64,000 bases of DNA from positions 64,001 to 128,000 of IMG/VR virus record IMGVR_UViG_3300020183_000013. One strand, written 5' to 3'. A program made the position numbers and the translations under genes. This document shows positions 1 to 8,276 of this stretch, in pieces. This DNA is from a virus. The notes below the pieces were generated by a model, which saw nothing but the letters and a program-made list of their open reading frames with translations, did no database searches and was not told the DNA's origin. Every line of letters starts with the position of its first letter. Position 1 is the stretch's first letter.

Positions 1-414
1 CAAGCACAAGCACAACAAACCATCGCAGAGAATGTTCTCAAGAATACTCTGCTGCTGATTGAAGCATTGAAAGACAACTATCGTCAACACTCGATTCGTT
101 CTCATCAGCGTTCTGTTGAGCGATTTGATGCAGTTCCTGGTTATCATCAGCGCAAGATTGATGAACTCAAGTCTGGTAAGTGCGACATTGATTATACCAT
201 CGAGACTGGTAAAAAGTATCACAAAATCATTTTTGTTGATGGTGGTGGACAACGCTCTGCTCATGCTTTCATTGACAAGAACACTGGCGAAGTGTATAAA
301 ACTGCATCATGGAAGTCTCCTGCCAAAGGTGTTCGTTATGACCTGCGATTGATTGCTGATCGTGAATACCTGCTGGAACATGCAGATTGGAGCGGGGGGT
401 ATTTATACAAATAA
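1..414 (+). CDS. Conserved phage hypothetical protein (5' truncated by the window edge)
   Basis: Frame 1 is open from base 1 to TAA 414; C-terminal GKKYHKI...AHAFIDKNTGEVYKTASWKSPAKGVRY resembles a widespread phage early-protein family. Confidence 0.75.
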   Translation, partial: QAQAQQTIAENVLKNTLLLIEALKDNYRQHSIRSHQRSVERFDAVPGYHQRKIDELKSGKCDIDYTIETGKKYHKIIFVDGGGQRSAHAFIDKNTGEVYKTASWKSPAKGVRYDLRLIADREYLLEHADWSGGYLYK

Positions 415-476
415 CTCACTCTCAGTCAGTTGGAACTTTCTATGATGCTATTGGAAACTCTGGACATTATTGCACG

Positions 477-677
477 ATGACTTACACTGACATCACAAAA
501 CTTGAAAATTGTCCCGAATGTGGTGCAAATTGGGTTGAAAAACTGATTCCACAAGAATACTGGGAAAACTATTCTCCACCCTATTTTTATAGTCGTGTGA
601 TTGGTATTGAATTGCTTGGTGAAGATCGTATCAATCATTGGGTGTGCCCTGATTGTAACCACAAGTTTCCCCGATGA
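477..677 (+). CDS. Small zinc-ribbon protein
   Basis: ATG 477; two CPxC motifs (CPEC, CPDC); ATGA overlap with next ORF. Confidence 0.7.
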   Translation: MTYTDITKLENCPECGANWVEKLIPQEYWENYSPPYFYSRVIGIELLGEDRINHWVCPDCNHKFPR

Positions 678-928
678 CTTACTCTAACCTCTCAAAGATT
701 CGTCCTAAACTGAGAACAACTGGGCGTGTGTCTGGTAACTTCGGCAAGAGCAAAGTTGTTGCTGGTTCATCACTCAACGACATCGGTGGTGATGGTAACA
801 TAGGTGCCACACAAGATGAATACCTGAAACGATTGTATCTTGCTTTTGATAACACTACCGACCCTAAACTTCGACATTTTCTGCATCAGGAAGTCCGCAA
901 AATCTACATTCAAAGAGGAACTTGGTAA
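674..928 (+). CDS. Hypothetical protein
   Basis: 84 aa ORF coupled by overlaps to both neighbours. Confidence 0.7.
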   Translation: MTYSNLSKIRPKLRTTGRVSGNFGKSKVVAGSSLNDIGGDGNIGATQDEYLKRLYLAFDNTTDPKLRHFLHQEVRKIYIQRGTW

Positions 929-1233
929 TGGCAACTTGGAGAGCAGAAGTATTTGCAAACTCTCGGGTTGGTCGCATCAACACTGAGGTTGAAGCTGCAA
1001 CATTCTCTGGAGCAAAGGAACAGATCTATGCAAAGCACGGTGATGTTCAACAAATTGTAAATCTACGCCAAGTAAGTTCTGGTGGTTCATCAGGTTCTTC
1101 TTTTGACCTTGATGGAACTGTATGGTTAATTGCTATTCTTGTTGGACTCTGGTTGATTGTAGAATACTGGTGGATTATAGTTCCTGTTAGTATCTTAGGT
1201 GGTATTCTTTACTACTTGGGCACCAGGGACTGA
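928..1233 (+). CDS. Hypothetical membrane protein
   Basis: ATG overlaps previous TAA; hydrophobic C-terminus (VWLIAILVGLWLIV...IIVPVSILGGILYYL). Confidence 0.7.
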   Translation: MATWRAEVFANSRVGRINTEVEAATFSGAKEQIYAKHGDVQQIVNLRQVSSGGSSGSSFDLDGTVWLIAILVGLWLIVEYWWIIVPVSILGGILYYLGTRD

Positions 1234-1288
1234 CAGTTCAATAAGTGGCACACAGGGGACTCCACAGGTCTCTTGTGTGCTCTATAAT
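1229..1288 (+). promoter_or_regulatory. Early palindromic element plus -10 box (copy 1)
   Basis: ACTGACA-N10-TGGCACA (1229-1252), 30 bp, TATAAT (1283-1288). Confidence 0.75.
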
Positions 1289-1312
1289 ATAGAGGTAATC
1301 AGGGGAACCACA

Positions 1313-1588
1313 ATGACAGCACTCGCTCAGACCCCTCAACTGACCAGCAAGGATGGTAATATGATCGTGGACTTCTACCCTATCAAAACTCCTTATGGTG
1401 ATATTTCACAAGAGTGGTATCTGAAAGTTCTGACCTTCAAGGCTGCTGGAAATCAAATGTCTAAGAAGTGTCTGAATCGTATTGAGATGCTTCGGGAGAT
1501 TCGGGAACGTGTTGCTATTGGTTACACTGAGACCCGTGACAATTCTAATCTTCCTCAACTTGCAAACCCTATGTACGGAGCGTGCTGA
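1313..1588 (+). CDS. Hypothetical early protein
   Basis: ATG 1313 directly downstream of the promoter element. Confidence 0.7.
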   Translation: MTALAQTPQLTSKDGNMIVDFYPIKTPYGDISQEWYLKVLTFKAAGNQMSKKCLNRIEMLREIRERVAIGYTETRDNSNLPQLANPMYGAC

Positions 1589-1590
1589 TT

Positions 1591-1749
1591 ATGAAAACCT
1601 ACCGCGTTGGGTTCAAATGGAAAGATGGTTCTGAGTATTATGTCGCAATGAAATGCACAGGTACTCCTACTGAAGTTTCTAAGGAACTTCTGGATCAGGA
1701 CAAAACAGGTAATTTAGTTGCTGTCTACGTTAAACCAGTTCACAAATGA
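1591..1749 (+). CDS. Small hypothetical protein (52 aa)
   Basis: Read manually: MKTYRVGFKWKDG...KPVHK; fills the gap with tight spacing. Confidence 0.6.
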   Translation: MKTYRVGFKWKDGSEYYVAMKCTGTPTEVSKELLDQDKTGNLVAVYVKPVHK

Positions 1750-1877
1750 AAGGATTTCTGTTTGGTTTCATTCTTGGAGTTGCATCTGCAACCGTTGGAT
1801 TCTCTGGACTTGCTCCAATGTTAGATCGCGGAGTTCACACAATTCAAGAGACAACAGAGAGTCTGACGCATAAGTAA
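1746..1877 (+). CDS. Small membrane or secreted protein (43 aa)
   Basis: MKGFLFGFILGVASATVGFSGLAP...; ATGA overlap. Confidence 0.6.
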   Translation: MKGFLFGFILGVASATVGFSGLAPMLDRGVHTIQETTESLTHK

Positions 1878-1882
1878 TAACA

Positions 1883-2344
1883 ATGAAAGAGTTCAATTAT
1901 GCCCTGGACTATAAAGTTCTGGACTTTACACTTCCAGAGAATCGCAAACTTTATCGCATTGGAAGGGGTGAGCAAGGAGTTTTATTGGTTCGCCCTTATA
2001 CAGACGATATTTGTAAGCATTGGAGATTTGTAAATGAATCTGTGGCTCGCAAATCTGCTGATAAAATATACAGAATGTTCTGTGATTATAAATCCTCTGG
2101 AGACTTCATTGGTATGGACATGTCACGGAAATTTCTTGAAATGGGTTTTACACGCGCCCGCAGGTATGCAAATCATCCTGATGGAAAAAAGTATGCTAGT
2201 GATGGTTCCGTTAAACCCCAGTCGCCAGTCGCACTACATTGTGTCAAAGCGAGATCGGCAACAATCTTCAAAGAAGTAAGAGATAAGGCAGCATATGACC
2301 CAGAGTATGTTATAATGAGAAAGAAATGGAGAGCAGCAGAATGA
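1883..2344 (+). CDS. DUF4385-family protein
   Basis: YRIGRGEQGVLLVRPY...HWRF and DFIGMDMSRKFLEMGFTRARRYANH motifs. Confidence 0.8.
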   Translation: MKEFNYALDYKVLDFTLPENRKLYRIGRGEQGVLLVRPYTDDICKHWRFVNESVARKSADKIYRMFCDYKSSGDFIGMDMSRKFLEMGFTRARRYANHPDGKKYASDGSVKPQSPVALHCVKARSATIFKEVRDKAAYDPEYVIMRKKWRAAE

Positions 2345-2631
2345 ACCTGATCAACTTTAAGCATCGTGAAGACTTTGGACACGAATGGTATGTTCAGGTT
2401 CTTAATGTAAAAGGATGGAGTTTACTTCAAGCATCTGTAAGTTGGAATGATTATCCATCTTGGCCTTATATTCAAATTAAATCTGGTTCTGGTTCTACTT
2501 TGAGTATTTTATTCTGGGTTTATAAATTCGGTTTTGATATTGGTATTCTTGAACGCACTTGGAAATGGGACTATAGGGAGGAGTTGGATGAGCAAGAAAC
2601 TGAACCTAAAATAGAGTTTTATAAAAAATGA
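2341..2631 (+). CDS. Hypothetical protein
   Basis: ATGA overlaps at both ends; Trp-rich. Confidence 0.7.
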   Translation: MNLINFKHREDFGHEWYVQVLNVKGWSLLQASVSWNDYPSWPYIQIKSGSGSTLSILFWVYKFGFDIGILERTWKWDYREELDEQETEPKIEFYKK

Positions 2632-2813
2632 TAGGAAATCCAGATGATATTATACTCATAAGTCCATCAAAGATGTTTGAGTATGAAAAATTAGCAAGAA
2701 ATATTGATAATTGTGAGAATGTAGAGGAACTGCAACTTTCACTCAAAGGTATGTTAAAGTTGTATATGAAACAACAAGAAGTAACGGCACAAGTATTAAA
2801 AATGAAAATGTAA
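2628..2813 (+). CDS. Small helical protein, possibly NblA-like; paralog of 40640-40804
   Basis: NPDDI...KMFEYEKxARNID...KLYxKQQE shared with the ORF at 40640. Confidence 0.55.
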   Translation: MIGNPDDIILISPSKMFEYEKLARNIDNCENVEELQLSLKGMLKLYMKQQEVTAQVLKMKM

Positions 2814-3289
2814 TGAGCGAAGTAACCTTTAAAAAGCACAGAGTATTCCGTGAAACTCAATCAGTTATCTTTTATGATATTTCTGTGGAAGGATCTAATG
2901 CATCAGACCTCGTGGTTCATGAAGGTCCTGCTATCAGTCCTCCTGATGATATTGTAGGAGCAAAGCAATTTTATATTCACTATCATCAAGTAGACCACAA
3001 TCGTGTTCTTCAAGGTATTCGCACGTTTGAGTTAGTGAATCCCGAATGGAGATATCCTTATCATATCGTGCATCTTAATCGTTCTTCTGGTGCTCTTGTG
3101 ATTCCAAAGATGACCTTTCATCGTTCTTGGTCTGGAGAAGAAGGGTCAATAGTCATTAACCAAGCAATTCGTGATGAAGAATTTGATGATAAGACTGAGT
3201 TTATTCCAGTATCAGCAGCAAAGAATCCAGATCTTTACCACATTCTTGCACACGAAAAACCAGTCATTCATACACTTGGAGAAATGTGA
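2813..3289 (+). CDS. Cupin-fold (RmlC-like) protein
   Basis: FYIHYHQVDHNRV...LVIPKMTFHRS cupin-type His motifs. Confidence 0.65.
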   Translation: MSEVTFKKHRVFRETQSVIFYDISVEGSNASDLVVHEGPAISPPDDIVGAKQFYIHYHQVDHNRVLQGIRTFELVNPEWRYPYHIVHLNRSSGALVIPKMTFHRSWSGEEGSIVINQAIRDEEFDDKTEFIPVSAAKNPDLYHILAHEKPVIHTLGEM

Positions 3290-3519
3290 TGAAATTAACA
3301 CCAACATCTCTTCGTATTATTGGAAGCATTCTACTCATAATAGGATACTTTATTCTTCTTTATGTTGATGTCAAAACTGGTTGTTGGTTTCGTTTGATTG
3401 GTGGTTTAGTAATGGTTCCGTTCTCCATTAAAATTAAAACTTGGGATGTTGTAGGATTGCAGGTATTCTTCGCAACAATAGATATATCAAAGATTATTCA
3501 ATTGAGTTATGAAAATTGA
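3286..3519 (+). CDS. Small multi-pass membrane protein
   Basis: Three hydrophobic segments. Confidence 0.65.
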   Translation: MMKLTPTSLRIIGSILLIIGYFILLYVDVKTGCWFRLIGGLVMVPFSIKIKTWDVVGLQVFFATIDISKIIQLSYEN

Positions 3520-3667
3520 TATCACGATGGAAGAGTATGGTATAATTATTAATGCTCTACACTATTATAAAAAAGTAGAGAAGAAAGGAAACTTTCAGCA
3601 GTATGATGATAAAAGAATTAATGAGTTAAGAGACAAACTATCACATCAAATGGTATGGGAACAGTGA
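3509..3667 (+). CDS. Small hypothetical protein (52 aa)
   Basis: Read manually: MKIDITMEEYGIIINALHYY...QMVWEQ. Confidence 0.55.
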   Translation: MKIDITMEEYGIIINALHYYKKVEKKGNFQQYDDKRINELRDKLSHQMVWEQ

Positions 3668-3759
3668 AGTATTTCTGACAAATGAAATCAAATGCTTCTC
3701 ATAGAATCACAATAGGCATAAATTTTTATTGCGTAATATCAGAAAATTAACACAAAACA

Positions 3760-3767
3760 TATAAATA
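3760..3767 (+). promoter_or_regulatory. T4-type late promoter
   Basis: Exact TATAAATA in an intergenic gap upstream of the 3842 ORF. Confidence 0.6.
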
Positions 3768-3841
3768 GTAGTAGAATATATGTGGTGATACAAATGAACG
3801 AAAACTCTTCATTATGATATTCTTTGTGCGTGGAGGACATT

Positions 3842-4024
3842 ATGCACAACTTAATTTCTTACAATCAACTATCTGGATGGAAACATTTTGAGGATACCGT
3901 AGACCGATGTAACGAGCAAAATGATTTGATTAATGACTATTTTAATTGTTTAATTGAGTGCGATGAAGACCAACAAAATTGTAAACGAATATGCAGGAAA
4001 TTATTAAGTCATAGCTCAATCTAA
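3842..4024 (+). CDS. Small four-Cys protein of picocyanobacterial type
   Basis: GGAGG SD at 3832; MHNLISYNQL...YFNCLIECDEDQQNCKRICR. Confidence 0.7.
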   Translation: MHNLISYNQLSGWKHFEDTVDRCNEQNDLINDYFNCLIECDEDQQNCKRICRKLLSHSSI

Positions 4025-4041
4025 AAACCGTCTCCCGACCC

Positions 4042-4070
4042 TTGACTTCCACAGTCAGGGGTCTTATAAT
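4042..4070 (+). promoter_or_regulatory. Sigma70-type promoter overlapped by an inverted repeat
   Basis: TTGACT-17-TATAAT; GACCCTTGACT / AGTCAGGGGTC inverted repeat spans the -35 and spacer. Confidence 0.75.
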
Positions 4071-4108
4071 AGGTGCATACAAATCTAAATCAAAAACCAT
4101 CAAATGGT

Positions 4109-4291
4109 ATGGGAACAATGATTGATCTTATTAAAACACTACTCAAATCAGCACTTGCTACCTCCCGTTGGGGTCCGCTAACAGAGGCAGATGAAGAACT
4201 TGTATGGGACTCTTCCTTTGCTAAAATATTCAAAGCATCATCTATCCACCGAACACCTTTAACACCACGCACTGCGATTACACTCGAATGA
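4109..4291 (+). CDS. Hypothetical protein
   Basis: ORF downstream of promoter; start codon uncertain. Confidence 0.55.
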   Translation: MGTMIDLIKTLLKSALATSRWGPLTEADEELVWDSSFAKIFKASSIHRTPLTPRTAITLE

Positions 4292-4515
4292 CTCAAATTA
4301 TTGACTCTTCTGACCCACGATATTTTCGTCAAACATCTGACGAACCCTATCTTCGTCACGATTATAAATTGATAATGAGCAATGGTAATACCGTTGTCTT
4401 TGATAATTATGAAGATGTGCGGCGTAGGTGGTTAGAGAGTGGTGGTAACTTTTTAAGTCACGTTGAAGTTCTAGATCACAAAGAACCAAAGAATAAGAAG
4501 AAGAAAGGATTTTGA
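4288..4515 (+). CDS. Hypothetical protein
   Basis: 75 aa ORF with ATGA overlap. Confidence 0.7.
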   Translation: MTQIIDSSDPRYFRQTSDEPYLRHDYKLIMSNGNTVVFDNYEDVRRRWLESGGNFLSHVEVLDHKEPKNKKKKGF

Positions 4516-4517
4516 TT

Positions 4518-4979
4518 ATGATTGACTGGACAGAAAGATTTTCATCCTTGCCTGATGTAGAACAAGATAAACTAGCCCTGTTGCGTGTGATTGAATGCAC
4601 AAATGGTGTCATTCAACACTCCTATCGTAGTGGAGATGATGATACACTGACGGTTGATGAAGTCAGAGACGCTATGAAGTTTTCTATGGGTTGTATGAAA
4701 CGACAGGAGATACCTGTAGGAGATAAGGTTGTTACCTTTGCACCCGAAACAAAAGAACTGATGACTGAAATGAGACGATTGTATATCTCTGGTGCGAAAC
4801 AAAACAATCAAGAAGATTTTAATGAGTTTCTCAAAGGATCTAAAGCAAATCTACTTGCGATAGGTAAAGAACGCATCTTGAAAGCAAGACGACTTGCATT
4901 CAATCATATTGACGAATTACCACCTCATACATTAGACTGGGGACTTGAATACATCTTTAGTTTTGCTGGGTGGGTATGA
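4518..4979 (+). CDS. Hypothetical protein
   Basis: About 153 aa ORF in a tightly packed operon. Confidence 0.7.
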   Translation: MIDWTERFSSLPDVEQDKLALLRVIECTNGVIQHSYRSGDDDTLTVDEVRDAMKFSMGCMKRQEIPVGDKVVTFAPETKELMTEMRRLYISGAKQNNQEDFNEFLKGSKANLLAIGKERILKARRLAFNHIDELPPHTLDWGLEYIFSFAGWV

Positions 4980-5287
4980 TGACTGACAAAATCACACTTG
5001 AACTCACACTTGAAGAACTCAAACTGATTGATAAGTATGTTGAGTTGAATGATGAGACCCAGGGTGTATTTGATAAAATCAAGTATGCTTATCCTAAATC
5101 AAAAACCCTGTACGATTTGATTTATGATTGGTGGGGTGATGTATTCACAGTTCATGGTGATTGGGATAGTGAAACATCTATTGAGGATTTGGTAGACCAG
5201 ATTGATATGTGGTTGCTCAAAGAGCATGATACCAACAGTTATAAATGGAATGAGTGTATCCGAATGATTAGGGAGAAACTACGATGA
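4976..5287 (+). CDS. Hypothetical protein
   Basis: ATGA overlap; acidic. Confidence 0.7.
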   Translation: MMTDKITLELTLEELKLIDKYVELNDETQGVFDKIKYAYPKSKTLYDLIYDWWGDVFTVHGDWDSETSIEDLVDQIDMWLLKEHDTNSYKWNECIRMIREKLR

Positions 5288-5538
5288 CTGAAAACTATCC
5301 CGATTATATCTTTGAAGAAGCACACCGAAGAGAACTTGCAAATAAGCCTTTTGAGGAACTCACCACAAATGAAAAAATTCAACTTGCCCTTGAAAAGGTT
5401 GATTGGATTGTGATTGGCGGACAAGACGGACAAGAGTTTTATAGTTCTATTCAGTTTATTCGTAGGGTGTTGAGGAGCCTTGTGACACCTTACAAACTGA
5501 CACAAGGACACACCAGAACCGACCTGGATGCCCTATAA
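5284..5538 (+). CDS. Hypothetical protein
   Basis: ATGA overlap; 3' end runs through palindromic element copy 2. Confidence 0.65.
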   Translation: MTENYPDYIFEEAHRRELANKPFEELTTNEKIQLALEKVDWIVIGGQDGQEFYSSIQFIRRVLRSLVTPYKLTQGHTRTDLDAL

Positions 5539-5539
5539 T
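5481..5539 (+). promoter_or_regulatory. Early palindromic element plus -10 box (copy 2)
   Basis: TGTGACA-N10-TGACACA (5481-5504), 29 bp, TATAAT (5534-5539). Confidence 0.75.
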
Positions 5540-5562
5540 ACACTCGTACACACAGAACTCTA

Positions 5563-5802
5563 ATGTCTAACTTCTACACTCTCATTCCTGGAACTGATGT
5601 GCTCCGTAGTAAGATTGATGTCTTCCAGTGGACTAATCCTGAAAATGAAAATCAATCTGAACGAGTAGAACTAACAGTAGATAATGCTGGTATTTTCATT
5701 ACTTCTTGTTCTGGTGGTGCTCGTGAAGATATGAGTATTTCACAGAAGGATTTGGCGATTGCTCTTGCTCGTGGAATTCTTGAAGCATATGGAGTTGGTT
5801 GA
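5563..5802 (+). CDS. Hypothetical protein
   Basis: 79 aa ORF right after the promoter. Confidence 0.7.
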   Translation: MSNFYTLIPGTDVLRSKIDVFQWTNPENENQSERVELTVDNAGIFITSCSGGAREDMSISQKDLAIALARGILEAYGVG

Positions 5803-6126
5803 ATGACTGACATTTCTAAACTCTCCTACAAAGAACTCCAACAACTTGAAAAACAAATTGATGAACGCAAAGAGGTATTGCGTAAGTCAAAGGATTGTGT
5901 TGAGGGATATAAAGTTACATTCTGTGTGAAGTTCAATCCTGCTGAACACCAATTTGATGAATTGAATAGTCCAGAAGAGTTTGGTGATTATTTGGGAAAT
6001 GATGTTGCAAATCTGATTGTCAAAGATTTGGGTCTTCTGCAATCTAATGTAAGTGCTTTTATCATTGAAGAAATGACTGATGAAGATAAGGTAGAATGGA
6101 AGAACTTCTGGGAGGATGATGAATGA
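5803..6126 (+). CDS. Hypothetical protein with N-terminal coiled coil
   Basis: DISKLSYKELQQLEKQIDERK heptad-like start. Confidence 0.7.
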   Translation: MTDISKLSYKELQQLEKQIDERKEVLRKSKDCVEGYKVTFCVKFNPAEHQFDELNSPEEFGDYLGNDVANLIVKDLGLLQSNVSAFIIEEMTDEDKVEWKNFWEDDE

Positions 6127-6422
6127 CTTACGGACTAAACCCAAATACAATTGCATTCTCTTACACTCGTGAAGAGTTGTTTGAGTGTATCACAAAGATT
6201 GTAGCACACCCACACACTGCAATCACAAAGCACGACAAATCCCGTGCTCTTGCGATTATGGTAGTGATGGATGATTACTTCTCAAACTATGCTGAAAGTG
6301 ATAATGAGGGTTGTCATTATGTTTATGAACAGGAGGCAACGGACCTTATTGATTTTGTAAGAAAGTTTGAACTTGGTATTGATGATTATGGTGATGTTGA
6401 TGTTGATGAGGTGTTGAAGTGA
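6123..6422 (+). CDS. Hypothetical protein
   Basis: Overlap-coupled 99 aa ORF. Confidence 0.7.
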   Translation: MTYGLNPNTIAFSYTREELFECITKIVAHPHTAITKHDKSRALAIMVVMDDYFSNYAESDNEGCHYVYEQEATDLIDFVRKFELGIDDYGDVDVDEVLK

Positions 6423-6604
6423 GCAGATTTACTGAAAATCCTGATGAGATTGTGCTTCAAGACATTCAAATGTTTCATCTGGAAAGTATGAATGAACGCA
6501 CACTTTGGATTGGTGTTTATGGTGATGATGGTAAAATCTATCACTTGAATATTTCTGCAGATGGTGATAAACTGAGGTATTATTGGAGTAATGAAACCCC
6601 GTGA
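6419..6604 (+). CDS. Hypothetical protein
   Basis: GTGA overlap, 61 aa. Confidence 0.65.
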   Translation: MSRFTENPDEIVLQDIQMFHLESMNERTLWIGVYGDDGKIYHLNISADGDKLRYYWSNETP

Positions 6605-6945
6605 GATTCGAAGAACCAACAAAACTTGAACTCTTCCTTGATGGTTTTCATAACTTTTTGAACTGTCTGGATTGTTATAATGATGGTGATGAATGGGGCT
6701 ACCAAGAATTCTGGGAAGGATTAAATCTCGGGTGGTATATGGAATATATTTTCCCTTATGAGGATCCGTACAATATTACTATCTCACCAGAAAGAAAGTT
6801 GAGGTTGGACCAGAAACCACCAGTCATTTATGTTTCAGAAGAGGCATATGATAAACTAATAGAAGCAATCAACAAACCACCAGAGTATAATGAAAAGATT
6901 GCCAGAGTGTTAAGTCGTAAAGCACCTTGGGATGAAGAAAAATGA
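6601..6945 (+). CDS. Hypothetical protein with DUF1778/TacA-antitoxin-like C-terminus
   Basis: IYVSEEAYDKLIEAINKPPEYNEKIARVLSRKAPW. Confidence 0.55.
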   Translation: MRFEEPTKLELFLDGFHNFLNCLDCYNDGDEWGYQEFWEGLNLGWYMEYIFPYEDPYNITISPERKLRLDQKPPVIYVSEEAYDKLIEAINKPPEYNEKIARVLSRKAPWDEEK

Positions 6946-7121
6946 CTATTGAGGTAACACACAATGAAGACAACACATTTACCATCTCCTGGGATGAGAA
7001 TTCTCCTACGGAAAGTATTTTCAACACCTGGACAGAAGAAGACTTTATCAAGGTCATTATGGACTATCTTCAGAAATTAGAAACTGAAAGACGTGATGTT
7101 GAAAAATCCAGATATGTATAG
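6942..7121 (+). CDS. Small hypothetical protein (59 aa)
   Basis: Read manually: MTIEVTHNEDNTFTISWDEN...EKSRYV. Confidence 0.6.
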   Translation: MTIEVTHNEDNTFTISWDENSPTESIFNTWTEEDFIKVIMDYLQKLETERRDVEKSRYV

Positions 7122-7479
7122 TAGAGTAGTACCAGGAACAGCAAAAAGAAAAACTAAAATGAACTGGTTTGATTACTGGATTATGCATTGTTGGATGACT
7201 GGATGGCAGAGCATTAAACATTCATTCCAAAACTGGGCTGATTTGATGACTGGTAACTGGAAAGATTATGCTCTGATGTGGTATGATGATCCATATGAAG
7301 AGTGTCGTGATTGCTTCTGGTCTTATCTTGGTGATGATGACACTCTACCAAAAGAGTTTTTAGAACATCTACAACAACTGGTTGAAGATATTGAAACTGG
7401 TAAAGAGAAAGTCATTCCGATGGATGAACTTCTTATCAAACGAATGAAAGACCTTACAGAAGATGTGGAGGTAGACTAA
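7114..7479 (+). CDS. Hypothetical protein
   Basis: Trp-rich ORF; start at 7114 or 7159. Confidence 0.65.
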   Translation: MYSRVVPGTAKRKTKMNWFDYWIMHCWMTGWQSIKHSFQNWADLMTGNWKDYALMWYDDPYEECRDCFWSYLGDDDTLPKEFLEHLQQLVEDIETGKEKVIPMDELLIKRMKDLTEDVEVD

Positions 7480-7865
7480 TGGGATTATATGATGACATTC
7501 ATTCTTCTTATAACCTAGGAGAGCACTTCACTAATGTACCAATGCAAACCAAAGGACTTGCTCGTGCTATGTCAAGATATTGGATTGCACCTGATGGATG
7601 TTTGTATGAATTGACTTATAAAGAAACACATACTTATGAAGATATTAAAGAGGATGATGAACGATATGATTCAAAACATTTATTCTTAAATTATGAATGG
7701 ATTCCAACTGGAAAACACGGTAAGGTAGAACCCTGTTACATCACCGATTATGTTGAGATCTATCCTGCACAATGGAATGGTTCTTATGATGATTGGCCAC
7801 GATGTAGAATACACTTTAAGTATGGTAAAGTAATGGACTTTGAAGTATATGTCGGAGAAGGATAA
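7479..7865 (+). CDS. Conserved phage hypothetical protein (MG[LM][FY]D N-terminus)
   Basis: MGLYD...QTKGL...YWI.PDG...F.YGK pattern. Confidence 0.7.
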   Translation: MGLYDDIHSSYNLGEHFTNVPMQTKGLARAMSRYWIAPDGCLYELTYKETHTYEDIKEDDERYDSKHLFLNYEWIPTGKHGKVEPCYITDYVEIYPAQWNGSYDDWPRCRIHFKYGKVMDFEVYVGEG

Positions 7866-8019
7866 GATCTATTATAATGTATGGTGTTGTGCTTATCAGA
7901 GAAGGTATCTGTATAAGAAAACACCAAGAGAAAGTAGAGAGCATGAGACTGTTCTTATGTGTTTAGGTATCGCAAGGTTCACAGTGTTTGATACTGAAAA
8001 AACTAAGCATTTAAGTTAA
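7849..8019 (+). CDS. Small hypothetical protein (56 aa)
   Basis: Read manually: MSEKDKIYYNVWCCAYQRR...KTKHLS. Confidence 0.55.
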   Translation: MSEKDKIYYNVWCCAYQRRYLYKKTPRESREHETVLMCLGIARFTVFDTEKTKHLS

Positions 8020-8084
8020 TATAACGATAATATGATATTAAAATAATAAAAAAACGGCTTTTTAAATCATAGCCTATTATTTTG

Positions 8085-8107
8085 TTATTGATAATCATTC
8101 TCAATAA
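8085..8107. promoter_or_regulatory. Fur-box-like 11-1-11 palindrome
   Basis: TTATTGATAATCATTCTCAATAA with one mismatch; core TGATAAT-C-ATTCTCA resembles the 7-1-7 Fur consensus. Confidence 0.55.
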
Positions 8108-8128
8108 AAGGTGTGATGAATACTCTTT

Positions 8129-8211
8129 TAATACCCTATAATACCCTTAGATATCTTATAAACCCTTAGATATCTTATGTTAATACCTTATAATACCCTT
8201 ATAAACCCTTC
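8129..8211. repeat. AT-rich short direct repeats
   Basis: CCCTTAGATATCTTAT at 8144 and 8163, plus several ATACCCT/AACCCT-TATA units. Confidence 0.8.
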
Positions 8212-8237
8212 GGATCCTTGTGATCTTACACGTCGGC

Positions 8238-8266
8238 AGCTTAGCACAAGGTCTCTGAGTTGTCAA
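8238..8266 (-). promoter_or_regulatory. Leftward sigma70-type promoter
   Basis: Minus strand TTGACA (8266-8261)-17-TAAGCT (8243-8238) with extended TG. Confidence 0.55.
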
Positions 8267-8276
8267 GGGACGCGCA

